From Lama guanicoe (Eukaryota): a stretch of DNA of 64,000 nucleotides. Shown here in pieces: positions 9,928 to 24,000 of this stretch (its first letter is position 1; the number at the start of each line of letters is the position of its first letter). A program made the position numbers and the translations under genes. The notes beneath the pieces are model-generated. The model ran no database searches. It was not told the origin of the DNA and saw only the letters and a list, made by a program, of their open reading frames with translations. The DNA lies in NCBI GenBank assembly GCA_013239625.1, contig MU056905.1:2129967-2193966 (forward strand), given 5' to 3'.

Positions 9928-12900
9928 TCCCACGTAAATGGAGGCAAAGGTGACGTGTGCCAAGTATGAAGGTGGGTGAGCAACGGCAGGTCCAACTTCA
10001 GAGAGACTGAGCGAGTGTAAATGCCTGCAAGTGAAGGGAAATTTTAAAAGATGTAGGGCAACCACATTTTAGAACTAAATTCAGAGAATATAGATACCTA
10101 AATAAACTTATCAAGGTAGAGCGTAGAGGTGCTTATCTCATGGAGACATCACATGCTCCAGGAAAACAAAACAAAACAAAACCAACAAAAAGATCTCCAT
10201 TCATTGCAGAGTCATACCCTCTAAATCATTCCAGAAAGAATCTACAGAAATGTCACAGCTTCTCTGGAGAGAGGATTTTTCCCGTTTAACATTAGTCCAT
10301 AGGAACCCTTTGATACTGAGTTGAATTCTCCTTGCTGAGGTTTAAGGGTTTTCCCTGGTGGCTACAGATCGGCCTCCTAGCATAATGCCGTTCACCTCTC
10401 CACACACCTTCCATTTCCCAATTCGCTTGTCATTTTCATTCGTCTCTGGGCTCATTCCAGGTAGGCGGACTCTTGCTTAATAAACCAGTGCTCGGGGCAA
10501 ATGGAAAGCACTTTGAAGCATTCCTTTAAAAGGAATTAGTGTCTCTCATTGGCCAGATGGGAGCATATTCCGAATATCCATGGGGGATAATCACACAGAG
10601 AGCCCTGATGTGGGGTCATATACCATTTCAGCCCTTTTCCCGGAAGGGAGGTGGGAGCAGTGCTCTGGCCGCTCGCTGTAACCTGCATCACAGACATGGC
10701 GCTGGCCCCTTCTGTGGAAACTATTTCTTCCCATCAGATTCCAGACATAGACCTGGTTTTGCAGAGGGCTTTTTCCTGAAAGCCCTCCTGGGAAGCTGTG
10801 TATCAGTCAATCACACTGCGGGTGATAAGGAGAGCTGGCCAACTGGAAGAGTCGTCTGCTGAATCCTTCCAAGAGGTGAATTCTTTGGCAGTAATGAGTC
10901 ATGGGTCTTAATTTTTCATGCCTTTGTGTCTGGGCTTTTGAATATTTACCTTCTTAAAGCAAAGCACCGAGAGCTACCTGTTCTCTAGTTACCTTGAGTC
11001 AATCGCTCCCAGCTTAATGGCTCTCGGTTTCCCAGCACCATTGTCATTGTCACCATCCTCATCATCAGTGTGTGCTCACTCGGTGCCTGCAGGTCAGCAG
11101 GGTGTCAGACAGTCCAGAAAGAGGCAGGGACTCTGAGACCAGGGGCCCAGCCCTCCGGAGGATAGTGGAAAACACAGCCCCACACCCAGAAGGTTCCCCC
11201 AGTGGAAATACCCAGGTAAACAGCGCATTACCGAGATGTCTCAGACAGTAAAGCAGCTTTACAGACAAGGTGGGTGTGCGTTCAGCAGATCAGCACAATC
11301 CCATCTCAAGGCTCTGTGGACGAGTCACTCTGTGATAGATCAGTGAGAAATGTCAAACCACGCCGGCTCCCCCTCCTCTCCTCCCGTGCTCAGGAGGCTG
11401 TGTCCTCTCGCGTGAGCCTGAACAGTGGCCCTTGGAGGTACGTCTGCAGCCCTCAGCAGCCATCCTGGGACCAGTCATGCCGCTCACTGTCTGAGTTTCA
11501 CATTTTGAAATTCAGTTTCATGCCACTTTATATGACTTTTAGTGCCTCATATATATCTGTTTGATCTTCCTCACAGCCCAGCAAGCCCCCGGGGGTGGAC
11601 ATGGTGCAGAGCAGCTGCCTGTTATCTAGCAGGGATTGGGTTGGTATGGGCACCAGCCCTGTGCTAGGGGACAGGGGACAAGAGTCCAAGTTCCAGCTTC
11701 ACTCTCAACTTCTCATGGGACTCTGGGCCTCACTCTCCTCATCCCCCAAAAAGGGACCTCTGTAACGTGCACTTCGTGAACTTTTCTGGAGCTGAGGCAA
11801 AGAGCAAGCACCTGGATTCCAGACCCAAGGTCACAGCCTGGCCTCCTGGACACCCAGCGGGTGTGTCACAGCTCCAGGTGCCAGTCCCATGCCTACTTCT
11901 ATCCATTCGCTGACATTCTATCATCATGGCCTATTTCCTGGATGTAGGGGTGGTGACGGGGCCCCCTTCACTATCCCAGGGACTAGCTCATTGTAAGTCC
12001 CACAGACATTGGCTGAAAGAAGAAATGAACAAATGCATCTTGCCTGAAGGCTCAGGTCAGAGTAACTGGGGCTGAGAGAATGAGATTAGAAAGCAGGAGG
12101 GAGGAAAACCTTTCCATGATGTCCACATTCATGAGACACTGAGGCAGGGCCTCGCCCAGCACGGGGGTGAGGCTGACACTTCCGGCTGCTGCTTCCCAGC
12201 TGATGACGCACACTCTCACCCTCCGCAGCAGCCCCTGAGCCCAGGAACGAGCCAATGGGATGGCGTAAAGAGCCTCCCTGGGTGCTCGAGTATCACTCAG
12301 CCCACCCAGCCGGTGCCCACAGGCTGTGGCGACTTGCCATGTTTACGTCGCCGGAGTTTCTAGGTATTGTGTTTCTCTGCTCCCAGACGGTTCAGGAAGA
12401 GCCACCCCGGCTTCCCATTCCTCCCCAACTCTCCCCTCCCAGCAATGGTCCTGTTCAGCAGTGCCTCTTCAGCACCAACCAGAGGGACTTGGTGAAGTGC
12501 CCCACTTCCGGGGACAAAGGAGGTCATTAAAGTGGCCAGAGGTTGATGGCCAAGACACACCAGATGCTTCCAGGTGCTTACTGTGGGGGCACACTGTGAG
12601 GGCCCTCGAGACACTGGCATCGTCCCACCCCCTCCCTCCGGGAAGAACCCCACCTGTGCTTCCCAGGCGACAGGGGCTTTTCTCAGCAGGCTCTAATGAT
12701 GTGAGTGGGGCTCAGAGCAAATGAGGCGTCAGAGCGGTCAGGAGCTCCGACTGGGCTACCAGTGGCCCCATGGCCTTCCATGGTTCCTGCTCTGGGTTTC
12801 TTCCTCTCTGAGGCTCCTTCAGCTCTAAAGAGTGACTCTGTTCCTTCGCTTCACCTCTCCAGTCAGCACCACATTCACGTGTAGATGATCGTTTTGTGAA

Positions 12901-13514
12901 TGTTCTTAAGATGTATGTGTCCGTGTGTCTGTGTGCTTCATGCATCCATATCCATCAGGTGTATCTCAAACTCCTCATCGTGGAGGGCAGGGGCTGCTCC
13001 AACTTGCTTCTGTTAAGCACACATTTGAATGGAAAGAGCATCCCACTTTGCTGCTAAAATTGATGAAGGGGGCTTGAGGGCTTCCTGCCCACCTGTCCCA
13101 GGCTCTGCACTCGCCTATTGAATCTGGGCCCAAGTGAGAGGCCAGGTTTCCGTGGAAGGGAGCAGACCAGGTGAGGGCTAGTACATGCAAGTGCACGTCC
13201 CAAGTCCTCAATCTTGGTGGTAACTTGAGGTCAACTGGCACGTTGAAAGAAGAATTGTTGGCACTGAATGTGGGAGCAGAGGGGGCTGTGAGGTGGAGGT
13301 CTGACCCCTGTAGAGGCAGGCTGGGTGGTGCCTGTTAGAGACACCAAGTCGGCTGCCCTGGCATGAATGGTCAAGGTTGAAGAGTGTTTCTGGTGGGATA
13401 TCTCAGGTACCATCACAACAGAATTACCTTCTCTACACTCAGCCCCTGAGAGTTGTAAGTTGGGAGACCCAGGTTGTGACTGTATCTACCAACGACCTCA
13501 GCCTCCTTTCTCTC

Positions 13515-13620
13515 TCAGTGTAAGCTCCAGGAGGGAAGGGGTTGGTCTGCTTTGCTCACTACTTTATCTGCTGTGGCTGGAACAGGGAGGCATATAGCAG
13601 GTGCTAGTAGGTATTAGCTA
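13515..13620 (+). mobile_element. L2 3' fragment
   Basis: GTAAGCTCCAGGAGGGAAGGG...GGCATATAGCAGGTGCT. Confidence 0.6.
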
Positions 13621-14501
13621 CAGGCAGGACTCTCCGAGACCATAGGAGGGGGCAGTCGAGGAGGGATCTAGCATATTGAAGGATTGGGGGTGAGGGGAGG
13701 GGGCCTGGGTCCTCAGATGCTGTGCCCAGGGCTCTGTGCATTAGGCCAGCCTGCTCTAGGGGATGACCCGATCCCCTGTGCCCCCTCCCCCCTGCCCTCC
13801 TCTGGCCCCAGCCTGGTTGGAAAGCTCCTTGGTGCATCCCGCACACTTAGAAGGCAGGTCTCTAGGCCATCCTCCCCTCCTCCCCAACCTCAAGCCCTGG
13901 TTGCCAACCTGGCCCAGTAGCCTTGAAATCCACCAGAGCCAAGGGCCTCAGGGTCCCTCTGAGATGGGAGAGGCCATCCTAAGCAGAAGGTGCCAGGAAC
14001 GGGGAAATGGAGGAGTCTGGCCTTCCCAGCCTTGGTCACCAGAGCACATACCAGGCTTTGGAATCCACCACACCTTAAACCTCAAGAAGACTCCTCCCAG
14101 ACAAACGCAACAATACAGGGTTGGAAAGACTCAGGAGATTTGGAGAACAAAGAGGGATGCGTTAATAAGGCTCTTCCTGAAGTTAGACTACCTGTGCCAG
14201 GTGAATTCTCCCATCCTATGTAGGTGTGAGGAGGCAGGGCAGGGGAAAGGACGCACCCCAACCCTCAGGGGTCACCTCAGAGGTGACCCCTGACCATCAG
14301 GAAGCCAAACAGGTGGGAAAGGATGCCAATGTGCAAGCCAAGCACAGGCCTGCTCAGGGAACGGGGGTGAAGGTCCTCGGCACAATTTATTTGAGAAGGC
14401 TTCTCAGGGGAGAGTTCAAAGCGGAATTCTAAAGGAGGTTAAAATCAAAACAAAAAACCTCATTGGTAGGAAGGAAAGCAAGGGTGTTCACAGTCTCTAA
14501 C

Positions 14502-14650
14502 TTTTTTAAAAAAATTATTTATTTTGGGGTGTGGGGGGGGTTAGGTTTATTTAATTAATTATTTTTTTTTTAATGGAGGTATTGGAGATTGAATCCAGGA
14601 CCTCCTGCATGCTAAGCACATGCTCTACTATTGAGATTGACCCACTCCCC
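14502..14650 (-). mobile_element. tRNA-derived SINE (Vic-1-like)
   Basis: Reverse complement matches the + strand SINE copies (...GTAGAGCATGTGCTTAGCATGCAGGAGGTCCTGGATTCAATCTCC, then an A-rich tail). Confidence 0.85.
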
Positions 14651-15700
14651 AGTTTGGGGGTTTTAAAGGCTGCTGGAGAGGCCAGGGTGTCCTAGGCATT
14701 CATGGAGACATCATCCACCAGGGTAAAGGTCACCACAAAGGTCAAAGGTCATAGAAGAGGAAGTGAAAGAGGAAGAGAGGTAAGACTTAACTATTTCTAT
14801 CTGCTTCAGCAAAGTCAGCAAGTAAGACCATCTGGCTTTGGACGGAGGAGTCCAGGTGGAAATTTTAGAGAGAGGAAGGAGGGAAGGAAGGAAGTGAGCA
14901 ACCCCAACCAAGAGGTGAGGGCTGAGGGGAATAAGAGTGGAAATGAGACGAGATGCTGGTGCCTGGAATGGGCTCCCAGGAGCGGGCTTGCGAAAGAAAG
15001 GCATGACCCAGGAGGGAAGGCAGCCTGGAGCAGCTTCCACACGGGGAGCTCGGGGGCCCCCATTCCCATGGACACACCAGCTCAGGCACTCCCAGCCTCA
15101 ACTCTGCCCCAGCTCTTGCTCCACAAAGAACTCTGAAGAGTTTATTCAGCACGGTTCAAGAAACAAGTGTCCCCTCTTCTGGGAGAATTATCATGCCATG
15201 AGTACAGAAAACAAAGACAATGATTCTTTCCACCTCAGACACACGCACCACCCCAGGGAGGACCTGGACACATTGGCAACCAGGTGAGAGAACTCCTGTG
15301 CTCCTCCTGGCCTGTATCAACAAAAGCGATGATTCACGGATTCCTTGTGGAAACTGAGACTCTCAAACAATCTCTCAGTGGAGAAGAGGCCCACCCCCCG
15401 GCCTCAGTCCCAAGGTGGAAATAGTCCAGAGAACAGAGAATGCCGCTCCAAGGGCTAAGCTGCCATTCCAGGCAGGTGAGCTGCTGCCAACCCATCAGTT
15501 GTCCCTGCAAAAGGACACCTGTATGGAGAGACCCTGGGATCGAGCTCTGCTTCTCTCTAGCTCAGCAATGATGGTCAGCTTCACTTAACCATTCAGGGAC
15601 TCAGTTTCCTCATCCACAAAACAGAGACTGAATCCATTTCAGCTCCTCTCTCACTCTCCCATCCTTCAAACCCACTGCAGGAAGCAAGAAGGCAGCAAGA

Positions 15701-16430
15701 GAGAGGGTGCAGAGAAGAGGGAACCCTCCAACACTGTTGGTGGGAATGTAGTTTGGTGCAGTCACTATGGAAAACAGTATGGAGATTCCTTTAAAGACTA
15801 AAAATTGACTTAACCCTATGATCCAGCTATCCCACTCCTGGGCATATATCCAGAGAAAACTCTTAACTCAAAAAGACACCTGCACCCCAATATTCATAGC
15901 AGCACTATTTACAATAGCCAAGACATGGAAGCAACTTACATGTCCATCAACAGATGCTTGGATAAAGAAGATGTGATATAGAATACTACTCAGCCATAGA
16001 AAAGAACGAAATAATGCTATTTGCAGCAACATGGATGGACCTAGAGATTATCATACTAAGTGACAAAGATAAATACCGTATGATAACACTTATATGTGTA
16101 ACCTGAAAAAATGAAGCAAATGAGCTTATTTACAAAACAGAAACTGACTTACAGACATAGAAAACAAACTATGGTTCCCAAAGGGGAGGGATAAATTAGG
16201 AGTTTGGGATTAGCAGATACAAATTACTATGTGTAAAATAGATAAAGAACAATGTCCTTCTGTATAGCACAGGAAAACCATATTCAATATTTTGTAATAA
16301 CCTACAATGAAAAAGATGAAAAAGAATATATATATATATATGTATGTACATACAACTGAATCACTATGCTGTACACTAGAAACTAACACAACATTATAAA
16401 TCAACTAAATGTCAATTTTAAAAAAAGAAA
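15701..16430 (+). mobile_element. L1 3' fragment (ORF2 end plus 3' UTR)
   Basis: GGGAACCCTCCAACACTGTTGGTGGGAATGTAG...ATGGAAAACAGTATGGAG...GCAACATGGATGGACCTAGAG...A-tail; degenerate TSD AAGAAggcAGCAAGA / AAGAAattAGCAAGA. Confidence 0.93.
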
Positions 16431-17130
16431 TTAGCAAGATCAAAGAAGATCTAACAATTTCTCTGTCTGACTCCCCCTCCCCCCCGCCCCAGTGGTGGGA
16501 TCGGGGAGGTGAGATGCAAAAGAAAGGGAGTGAGGAGCCTTGGAGATGCCGTATCAGCTTAGACTGATGGGGGCTGGAAGGCATGGTCAACAGGACTAAC
16601 AGGGCAACAAAGAACAAGTCCTCTAATCAGTGCAGACACTGAGCTCTTTTGATGGATGATGGAAGGGTTGGAATCCCTGGCCATCAACAGGAGGAGGAGC
16701 CGGTCAGGCAGATTCTGGAACAAGGCAGCCTCGAAAAGAGCCAGAAGGCAGTGCTTTACAGTGTACCACCTTTTCATAAGTTATTCAGAGTGCTTCTATT
16801 TTGTTTTCCCAACAGGACCAGGAGCCTGTTATGAAAGAAAAAGGATGTGTATTGTGCTTCTTCCAAATCTGCACAGGACTTGCTGCAGGACGGACACCCT
16901 GCTGGTGCTTCCTGTACACACGCGGGATGGTATCAGGAGAGAAGACTCAACAAACATTTGGCTCAGCATTTATGCATCCTCTGCATTGCAAAATTTGTTT
17001 CCCCACTCAAGCAATCATCACAAACCCCACTTTCCAGACACCCCAATCAAGGCCCAGAGAACTTTTCATGACTGGGCTCGTGGTTCACCACTAGGAAGCA
17101 GCAGGACTGGGATTCCATCCCATCTTCCCA

Positions 17131-17285
17131 GGGGGAGGGTATAGCTCAGGTGGCAGAGCACATGCTTAGTATGCATGAGGTCCTGGGTTCGATCTTAACC
17201 CCAGTACCTACTCCAAAAATAAATACATAAACCTGTTACCACCCCCCCAAAATTATTTAAAAATTAAAAAAAAACCCCACAAGCT
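17131..17285 (+). mobile_element. tRNA-derived SINE (Vic-1-like), TSD CATCTTCCCA
   Basis: GGGGAGGGTATAGCTCAGGTGGCAGAGC (A box)...GGGTTCGATC (B box), A-rich tail; direct repeat at 17121-17130 and 17286-17295. Confidence 0.9.
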
Positions 17286-17970
17286 CATCTTCCCACTCTC
17301 ACGACTTTTCCCCATGTGAGCAGGGGGCCTGGTCTTGATAGTCACGCTGTACTAGAGTAGATAGGACATATGTGTGGGCACAAACACACCCATAATGTCA
17401 TGTGTGACCCACACAATAGAGATGGCAGCTTCCGAATAAAATAAAGAGGCAATCAAAACAGAGTGGATTCCTAAGACAGATGGGTATTGAGCAGGATTTT
17501 CAAGATCCAGAGGGACATGTTGGGCAAGAGGGGGTGGGATCGGCAGAGGGGTGGTGGGAGGAATGGGGAATAATTGCTGGGAAAGTGCTCGGGAGTAAGA
17601 TGCGCACCTAAGGAACAGGAAGGAACAGGGAGAGTGAGCCGCAGTCACTGGGGTTGACACAAGATGTTTGCACAGGAGGGAGCTGGTCCCAGGCCTAAGA
17701 AAGTGGTTTAGAAATGAGGCAGTGTTTTCTGAGTCCATTACAAGATGCGTAATTAGGACATGACTGCCAGCAATTAATGTGCCTCTCATTCATCTGCTGA
17801 TCAAGTTGTGACTGGAAAAGCATTTCCACGTAGGGGAGGGATGCCAGGGAACCAACCAGCGGCTTTTACACTACTTCCAGAGGGGAGCTGAGTGTGGGTT
17901 CAGGGCTGGCAGACGCCGAGGGGATGCCATCAGAGGCCTGCACAAGCATGCCCCACCCCTCCTGGAGGCC

Positions 17971-17977
17971 CATAAAA
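17971..17977 (+). promoter_or_regulatory. TATA-like box of KRT75 (CATAAAA)
   Basis: About 100 bp upstream of a strong Kozak start, GCCACCATG at 18070. Confidence 0.75.
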
Positions 17978-18069
17978 GCCCAGGGGGCTCCCCAGCTGCC
18001 CTGTCTTCTCTCTCCCACTCAACACGAACCCGCATCAGGAGCCCTCCTCGCCAACCTCTCGCAGCCACC

Positions 18070-21000
18070 ATGTCCAGGCAGTCCTCCATCACCTTCCAGG
18101 CCAGCAGCCGCAGGAGTTTCAGCACAGCCTCGGCCACCACCCCAGCCACCGGGCATGCCCGCTTCAGCTCTGTCTCTGTGGCCCGCTCCCCGGGGACCAG
18201 CGGGGGGCTGGGAAGGACCAGCAGCGCGAGGGCTGGCTTTGGGAGTCGCAGCCTCTATAACCTTGGGGGGACAAAGCGGGTCTCCATTGGTGGGTGTGGC
18301 AGCAGCTTCCGAAGTGGCTTTGGTGGCCGAGCAAGCGGCGGGTTCGGGGTGGGCGGTGGATTTGGCTGTGGGGGCCCTGGCTTCTCCGTCTGCCCCTCTG
18401 GAGGCATCCAAGGGGTCACTGTCAACCAGAGTCTCCTCATGCCTCTGAACCTGGAAATTGACCCCACCATCCAGCGGGTGCGGAAAGAGGAGCGTGAACA
18501 GATCAAGACCCTCAACAACAAGTTCGCCTCCTTCATCGACAAGGTGAGCCGGGGGCTGCATCTGGTCCGTGGGGGTGGGGTGGCTGGAACTCTCGGAGTC
18601 CCGATGGCCCATCCTTCCTGTGGGAAAAGTGCATCCGCTCAACAAACATCTCCTGAGGGCAGAGGCATTTGCGGGGGTAGGGGCAGCCTGCCCCACAGGA
18701 CCTGTGGGAATTTCCCCTCATCCCCCTGGGGACTGTTGCTGGCTGGTTCAGTCAACACCAAGGGAAGAGTGGAGTTGTTGAGTCCACTGGGCAAACCAGC
18801 CTAACCCAGAGCAGACAGCGCAGACATGCTCATCCAGGGATGGAGGTCCCTATCAAGGCCTCCAAGCCCCGCTGCACTAGCTCTATGGAGCCCCAGAGAA
18901 CATCAGGGGAACCTCGAGGGCTTTCCCACTTTAACTTGGAGTTGGCAATTACATCATTGGCAGATGAGTATCAGATGAAAAGCGTACTTTTCTTCTCTCC
19001 CGTCTTAATTGGGGATGGCTGGCTCTGCCTCCCCGGTTTCTCAAGACTTTCTTCTCTTCCTTCCCCATCCAGGTGCGGTTCCTGGAGCAACAGAACAAGG
19101 TCTTGGAGACCAAGTGGAGCCTCCTGCAGGAGCAGGCCTCCAAGACCGTGAGGCAGAACCTGGAGCCTTTCTTTGAGGCCTACATCAACGACCTCCGGCG
19201 GCAGCTGGACAGCATCACCACTGAGAGGGGCAGGCTGGATGCTGAGCTGAGGAACATGCAGGATGTCGTGGAAGATTTCAAAGTCAGGTGAGTGTGAGTC
19301 CCTTCTGGTCACATTCAGTCGTCCCAGGATCCCTCTTCATTAGGACCAGAGGGGTACAAAGGAGGAAATGCCCACGTCAGGGAGGTTTGGAACTTGCCGT
19401 CATTATCCCAAGAGATGAAGACAGCATGGTGTGGGATAACAAGGGGACTCTCATCTCATGCATCACTATTAACAAGAAGCCCATTCTTAACTCTCTGCAG
19501 GACCGAGAAGGGATATCTGTGTCATCTAACAAAACATTGCTACTCTGCAAAGCAATGTGTTAGTTTACAGTTAGCATATTATTTAACTCCATTGGCCATG
19601 AGTTCTGTTACTGAGATGCTTACATTTCTGAGATGCACCTGAGAGTATAAACCAGGCAGTCTGATCCTCCTCAAGGAGGCAAATTTGACTGGCTGTCATC
19701 CAGGCTGCAGTAGGTGAGGTATCCAACAGAAAGGATGGTCCTCGCCGATCCCTTAGCCGGCTCGCCCTGAGTTTCTGAGTTAGAGCAACCCCTGCTTACT
19801 GAAAGCACACTATTTAAATGGTTGCCCTGAGGTTTAGCAAAAACATATCAAAATCAACTGGAACAGCGTCCTAAACAGACACAGTCTACCCCCACGGTCC
19901 AGCAGGCACCTGAGGCAGCAAAAGTTTTTAAAGATTGGAGGTATGCCTCTCTAAGAAGATGGAGTTGCCCAAGTACTTCTTTCTCTTCCCATCAGCTCCA
20001 GGCTCACCTTCTAGTCTCACAAAAGAAAAAAAAAAACAAAAACTCTGGCGGAAGAAATTATTCCCCTTTTATAGAGGAAGGAATAGTGGTTAGGTGAATC
20101 ACCCAAAATCACATGCAGGTCAGCAGAAGAGCTGGGGAGGATTTGAGGTGTCTTAACTCTTGCTAAGGTTCAGTCAAGCCCTTGCTCAACGACACGCCCC
20201 CTCTCTGTGCTCACAGGTATGAGGATGAAATTAACAAGCGCACGGCCGCCGAGAATGAGTTTGTGTCTCTGAAGAAGGTGGGTGGAAACGTCTCCCAAAG
20301 AAGATTCAAAGCTGAATCTTGAAGTGTGAGATGACCTACCCTTGGGCCACCCAAAAACAGGGACAGCAACCTTGAGAATAGCTGGAAAAATCAAATCTGC
20401 CAAAACGCTCCCTTCATATTTATGGCCTCAGTGACCCTGTTTGGGTTTCTGTTAGCCCAGGGAACTCAAGCCAGCAGTTCCCAGCAATCACCCACCCCCA
20501 ATTCCAAACCCCAGAGTTGCTCAGATCTAATCTAGAAGGGCCAGGAAGGAGCCTGCCCAGCTTCTTTTGGACATGCTGCCTGGGGCCAGGGTCTCAGAGG
20601 GGCATCCTGTGCTATCATTCCAGGACGTGGATGCCTCCTACATGAACAAGGTGGAGCTGGAGTCCAAGGTCAACTGTCTGACTGATGAGATCCACTTCTT
20701 CCGGATGCTCTTTGAGGCAGTAAGAGCCTACAAGTGTTTTGGAGGGTAGCAAGGAGGGAGTGCTGGTTCCAGAATCCCAGGCTATTGGGTAACATTCCCA
20801 AAGGCTCAAGACCCATCTCTCCCTTCCCATCTCAGGAAAGTTCAAAAAAGCAAGCTGCCTCTCAGTTCATTAGTCAGGTGCTTCTTGGCCTTTGAAGATG
20901 TCTCATTCTGGGCACTGCCACTCTGAGGCAGAGACCTGGGTCTGTGGAAGAGGACGAGGGGTAGGGAGTGATGAAGTCACACTGTGAGCTGGGGCAGCAG

Positions 21001-24000
21001 GGTCCTAAAAATCACCCTGAAGAAAACTTTAATGCTGGCATATGAATCACATATTTCATATTCAACTTGATATAATTTGGATTCACAGAACATTTACCTA
21101 CCTTCCATACTCAGGGTAAAAACACAGAGGGGAGCTTTGAGAAGGGACGCTGGGACACACTCCCATCACACTGATCTATGACTCAGAGTCTCCTCAGGGT
21201 TTGGCATGGGAGCCCCTAAATGGCTGGCATGAGAACTAGAAGAATCCCTGCCAGGGATGCCAAGGAAGGGATTCCTGGCTTAGATGGGTGGTCAACTGCC
21301 TGATTTCAGGACCCCTTCTTTTTTATGCTGGGGTGACACTGAGTTTACTGGCTCTGCAGGAGCTGTCCCAGATCCAGACCCACATCAGCGATACATCTGT
21401 GGTCCTGTCCATGGACAACAACCGCAGCCTGGACCTGGACAGCATCATCGCCGAGGTCAAAGCGCAGTACGAGGACATCGCCAACCTCTGCCGGGCAGAG
21501 GCTGAGTCTTGGTACCAAACCAAGGTGAGTATGAGCACCTCCGTGAGAGGCTCCAAGGCTAGTTCTCTGAAGCCCCAGATCATCATCTAACCACTAGCCA
21601 TAAGCCCCGGGAAGTGTGACCATTTCCGTTTCTTTCAACTTGGCAGAAGAGTCTTTGATGCTATGAAAACTTAGCTTGAAATGCGCATGGAAACCTGGAT
21701 ACACATGCACACTGATATGTGGTCAGTCCATGCTGGGTGCTCAAATGGACACCACCCCCTTACTAAGTGGTTGGGGGCTGGGTGAGACTCTGAAACAACC
21801 AAGAAACAGTCATAAAGCTGTTTCTAACGGGCGTGTTTATTCAGTATATGTTTACAGAACTCTTGCAACATGCTAAGCAGGGTTCCAGAGTTCTGAATGA
21901 ATAAACTGCCAAAGAAACCCAAGGTCTGGGAGGCCATGAAGTGAATGAACAGTCACAGACGGGAAAAAGACAGCATTAATAAAACGCTTCCAAGAAAGGG
22001 TGGACTTTCAGTCTGTCTTGGAAGCAGCAAGGGACGAAAGATTGTCAAGGACTAGGGAGAGGTTTAAGGCTGAGCAAGCAGCCCTGTGGGGCTGGAAGGT
22101 AGACATGAGCACTTTGCTGAGCAAGAGAATTTGTAGTGAGAAGAGGGAGGTTGGGATGCCCATAGAGAGCCACTGTCCAGAGGTGCAAATGGCCAGAAGG
22201 TTTAGACTTTGGAGGGGTGGAGTAGCCGGGATGGTCTAACCCATGAGATCAGTTCTCTGCCAAATGTAGATGATTTTCCAGGGCAGCTGCTCGCCTATAA
22301 GCTGGCTCCCTTCCTTGCCTTGCTCTGGGCACTGCCTTAGTCCCTACCACTGCAACCTCCTAGAAAGGAAGCAGGGTGTCAGGAGCCAGGGGTGCACAGG
22401 GCAGAGGCAGAGGCAGAGGCAGCCCCTTGACAGTGAGTGGAGGTGGGATGCGCTTTACCACAGGGTAAATGATTCCTTTTGTTGACGAGGCCCTTGTTCC
22501 CTTTAACTGTGCATATCTAGAAACCAAGAAGCTGAGCTATTCAGCACTTTCAAAACTGGACAGATCTTCACTCAGGCAGGGGTTCCTCTTCCTTTGAGAA
22601 AGGTGGTTTTCTCCAGTCTGAGGAGACAGGATGCATTTATTCCTCCTGAATGAGTATGTCCTGGATCCGCACCATTAGACAGAGAGCCACTGAGATGGAG
22701 GATTCTGTTACAAAGTCTTCAGGACGAGGTCCTCTATAGCCTGGGCTCCATCCAACACCATCACCCTCCATCTCCCTATTTCCCCAGTACTGGCGTCTGG
22801 GGGAAAATTCTTGGTCGCAACTGGTCTGGATGTACACCTCATGACCAAGAACTCCCCAAGGACAGTTACCAAGCCACCCCTGATCCCTAGAGCTTTCCAC
22901 ACTCCTTCCTGTCCCAGGGGGCTTCACACACAGGCCATTTCCCTTGTCTGGAATAGTCTCCCCTAAGCCAATCACTTAGGTCACTCCTTCAGCACACGGC
23001 TCGAGCATCTCCACCCCTGAAAGGACTTCCCTGACCATTGCCCGCTACTTCCATATCTAGGTCAGATTCCTTTATCACACTCTCATAGGCCCCAGCTAAC
23101 TTCCTAAGGGACACTTGTCTCAGTCTGGAACTATAAATTCGATAATATGCTGACTTGACTATTGTTTATCTCTCCCAATAAACTATAAAACAAGAAAAGC
23201 AGGGGTCTGATTATGCTCTTGTGATATTCCCAGAGCCTGGGACATGGCTGGCAAGTAGATGGACTCAAGAAATGAGCGAGGGGAGGGGATAGCTCAGTGG
23301 TAGAGCGCGTGCTTAACATGCATGAAGTGCTGGGTTCAATCCCCAGTACCTACATTTAAGATAATAAATACTCCCCTGCCCCTGAAAAAAAGAAAAGAAA
23401 AGAAATGAGCAAGGGAATGTGTGGATGATGAGTGAATGGATGGCCCGCTCGGGGCACTGAGGGCCAGGCTGTGCACACAGGAAGTGCCCACGTCAGCACT
23501 GTACGGGGTGACTGACTCTGTTCTGGTTCTGGTTCTGTCAGTACGAGGAGCTGCAGGTCACAGCGGGCCGGCACGACGATGATCTCCGCAACACCAAGCA
23601 TGAGATCTCCGAGATGAACAGGATGATCCAGAGGCTGAGAGCCGAGATCGACAGCGTCAAGAAGCAGGTAAATTCTGGCAGGACCGAGCGCTCCCCACAC
23701 ACTCATTTTTTCCAGGTCAATTTGCCACCCTTACAGGACTCCTACCCAAGAAGCACCACACCTCCAGGGGCTATCAGTAAGGCTCATGGCTTTCTCCTTT
23801 CTTTACAGTGCTCCAGCCTGCAAACAGCCATCGCCGATGCAGAACAGCGCGGAGAACTGGCCCTCAAGGATGCTCGGGCCAAGCTGATGGACCTGGAGGA
23901 GGCCCTGCAGAAGGCCAAACAGGACATGGCGAGGCTGCTGAGGGAGTACCAGGAGCTGATGAACGTCAAGCTGGCCCTGGACGTGGAGATCGCCACCTAC

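Noticed and set aside
17513-17531. p63/p53 response element upstream of KRT75
   Set aside because: One good half-site (GGACATGTTG), but the second is out of register by one base and mismatched.
18019-18696. Long antisense ORFs over keratin exons (also 26980-27618, 29786-30322, 45416-45939)
   Set aside because: These are shadow frames of GC-rich Gly/Ser codons, with no independent homology or gene structure.
23281-23350. tRNA gene (A and B boxes; also 17131, 44220 and 14580 on the minus strand)
   Set aside because: A-rich tails, TSDs and divergence among the four copies identify tRNA-derived SINEs.
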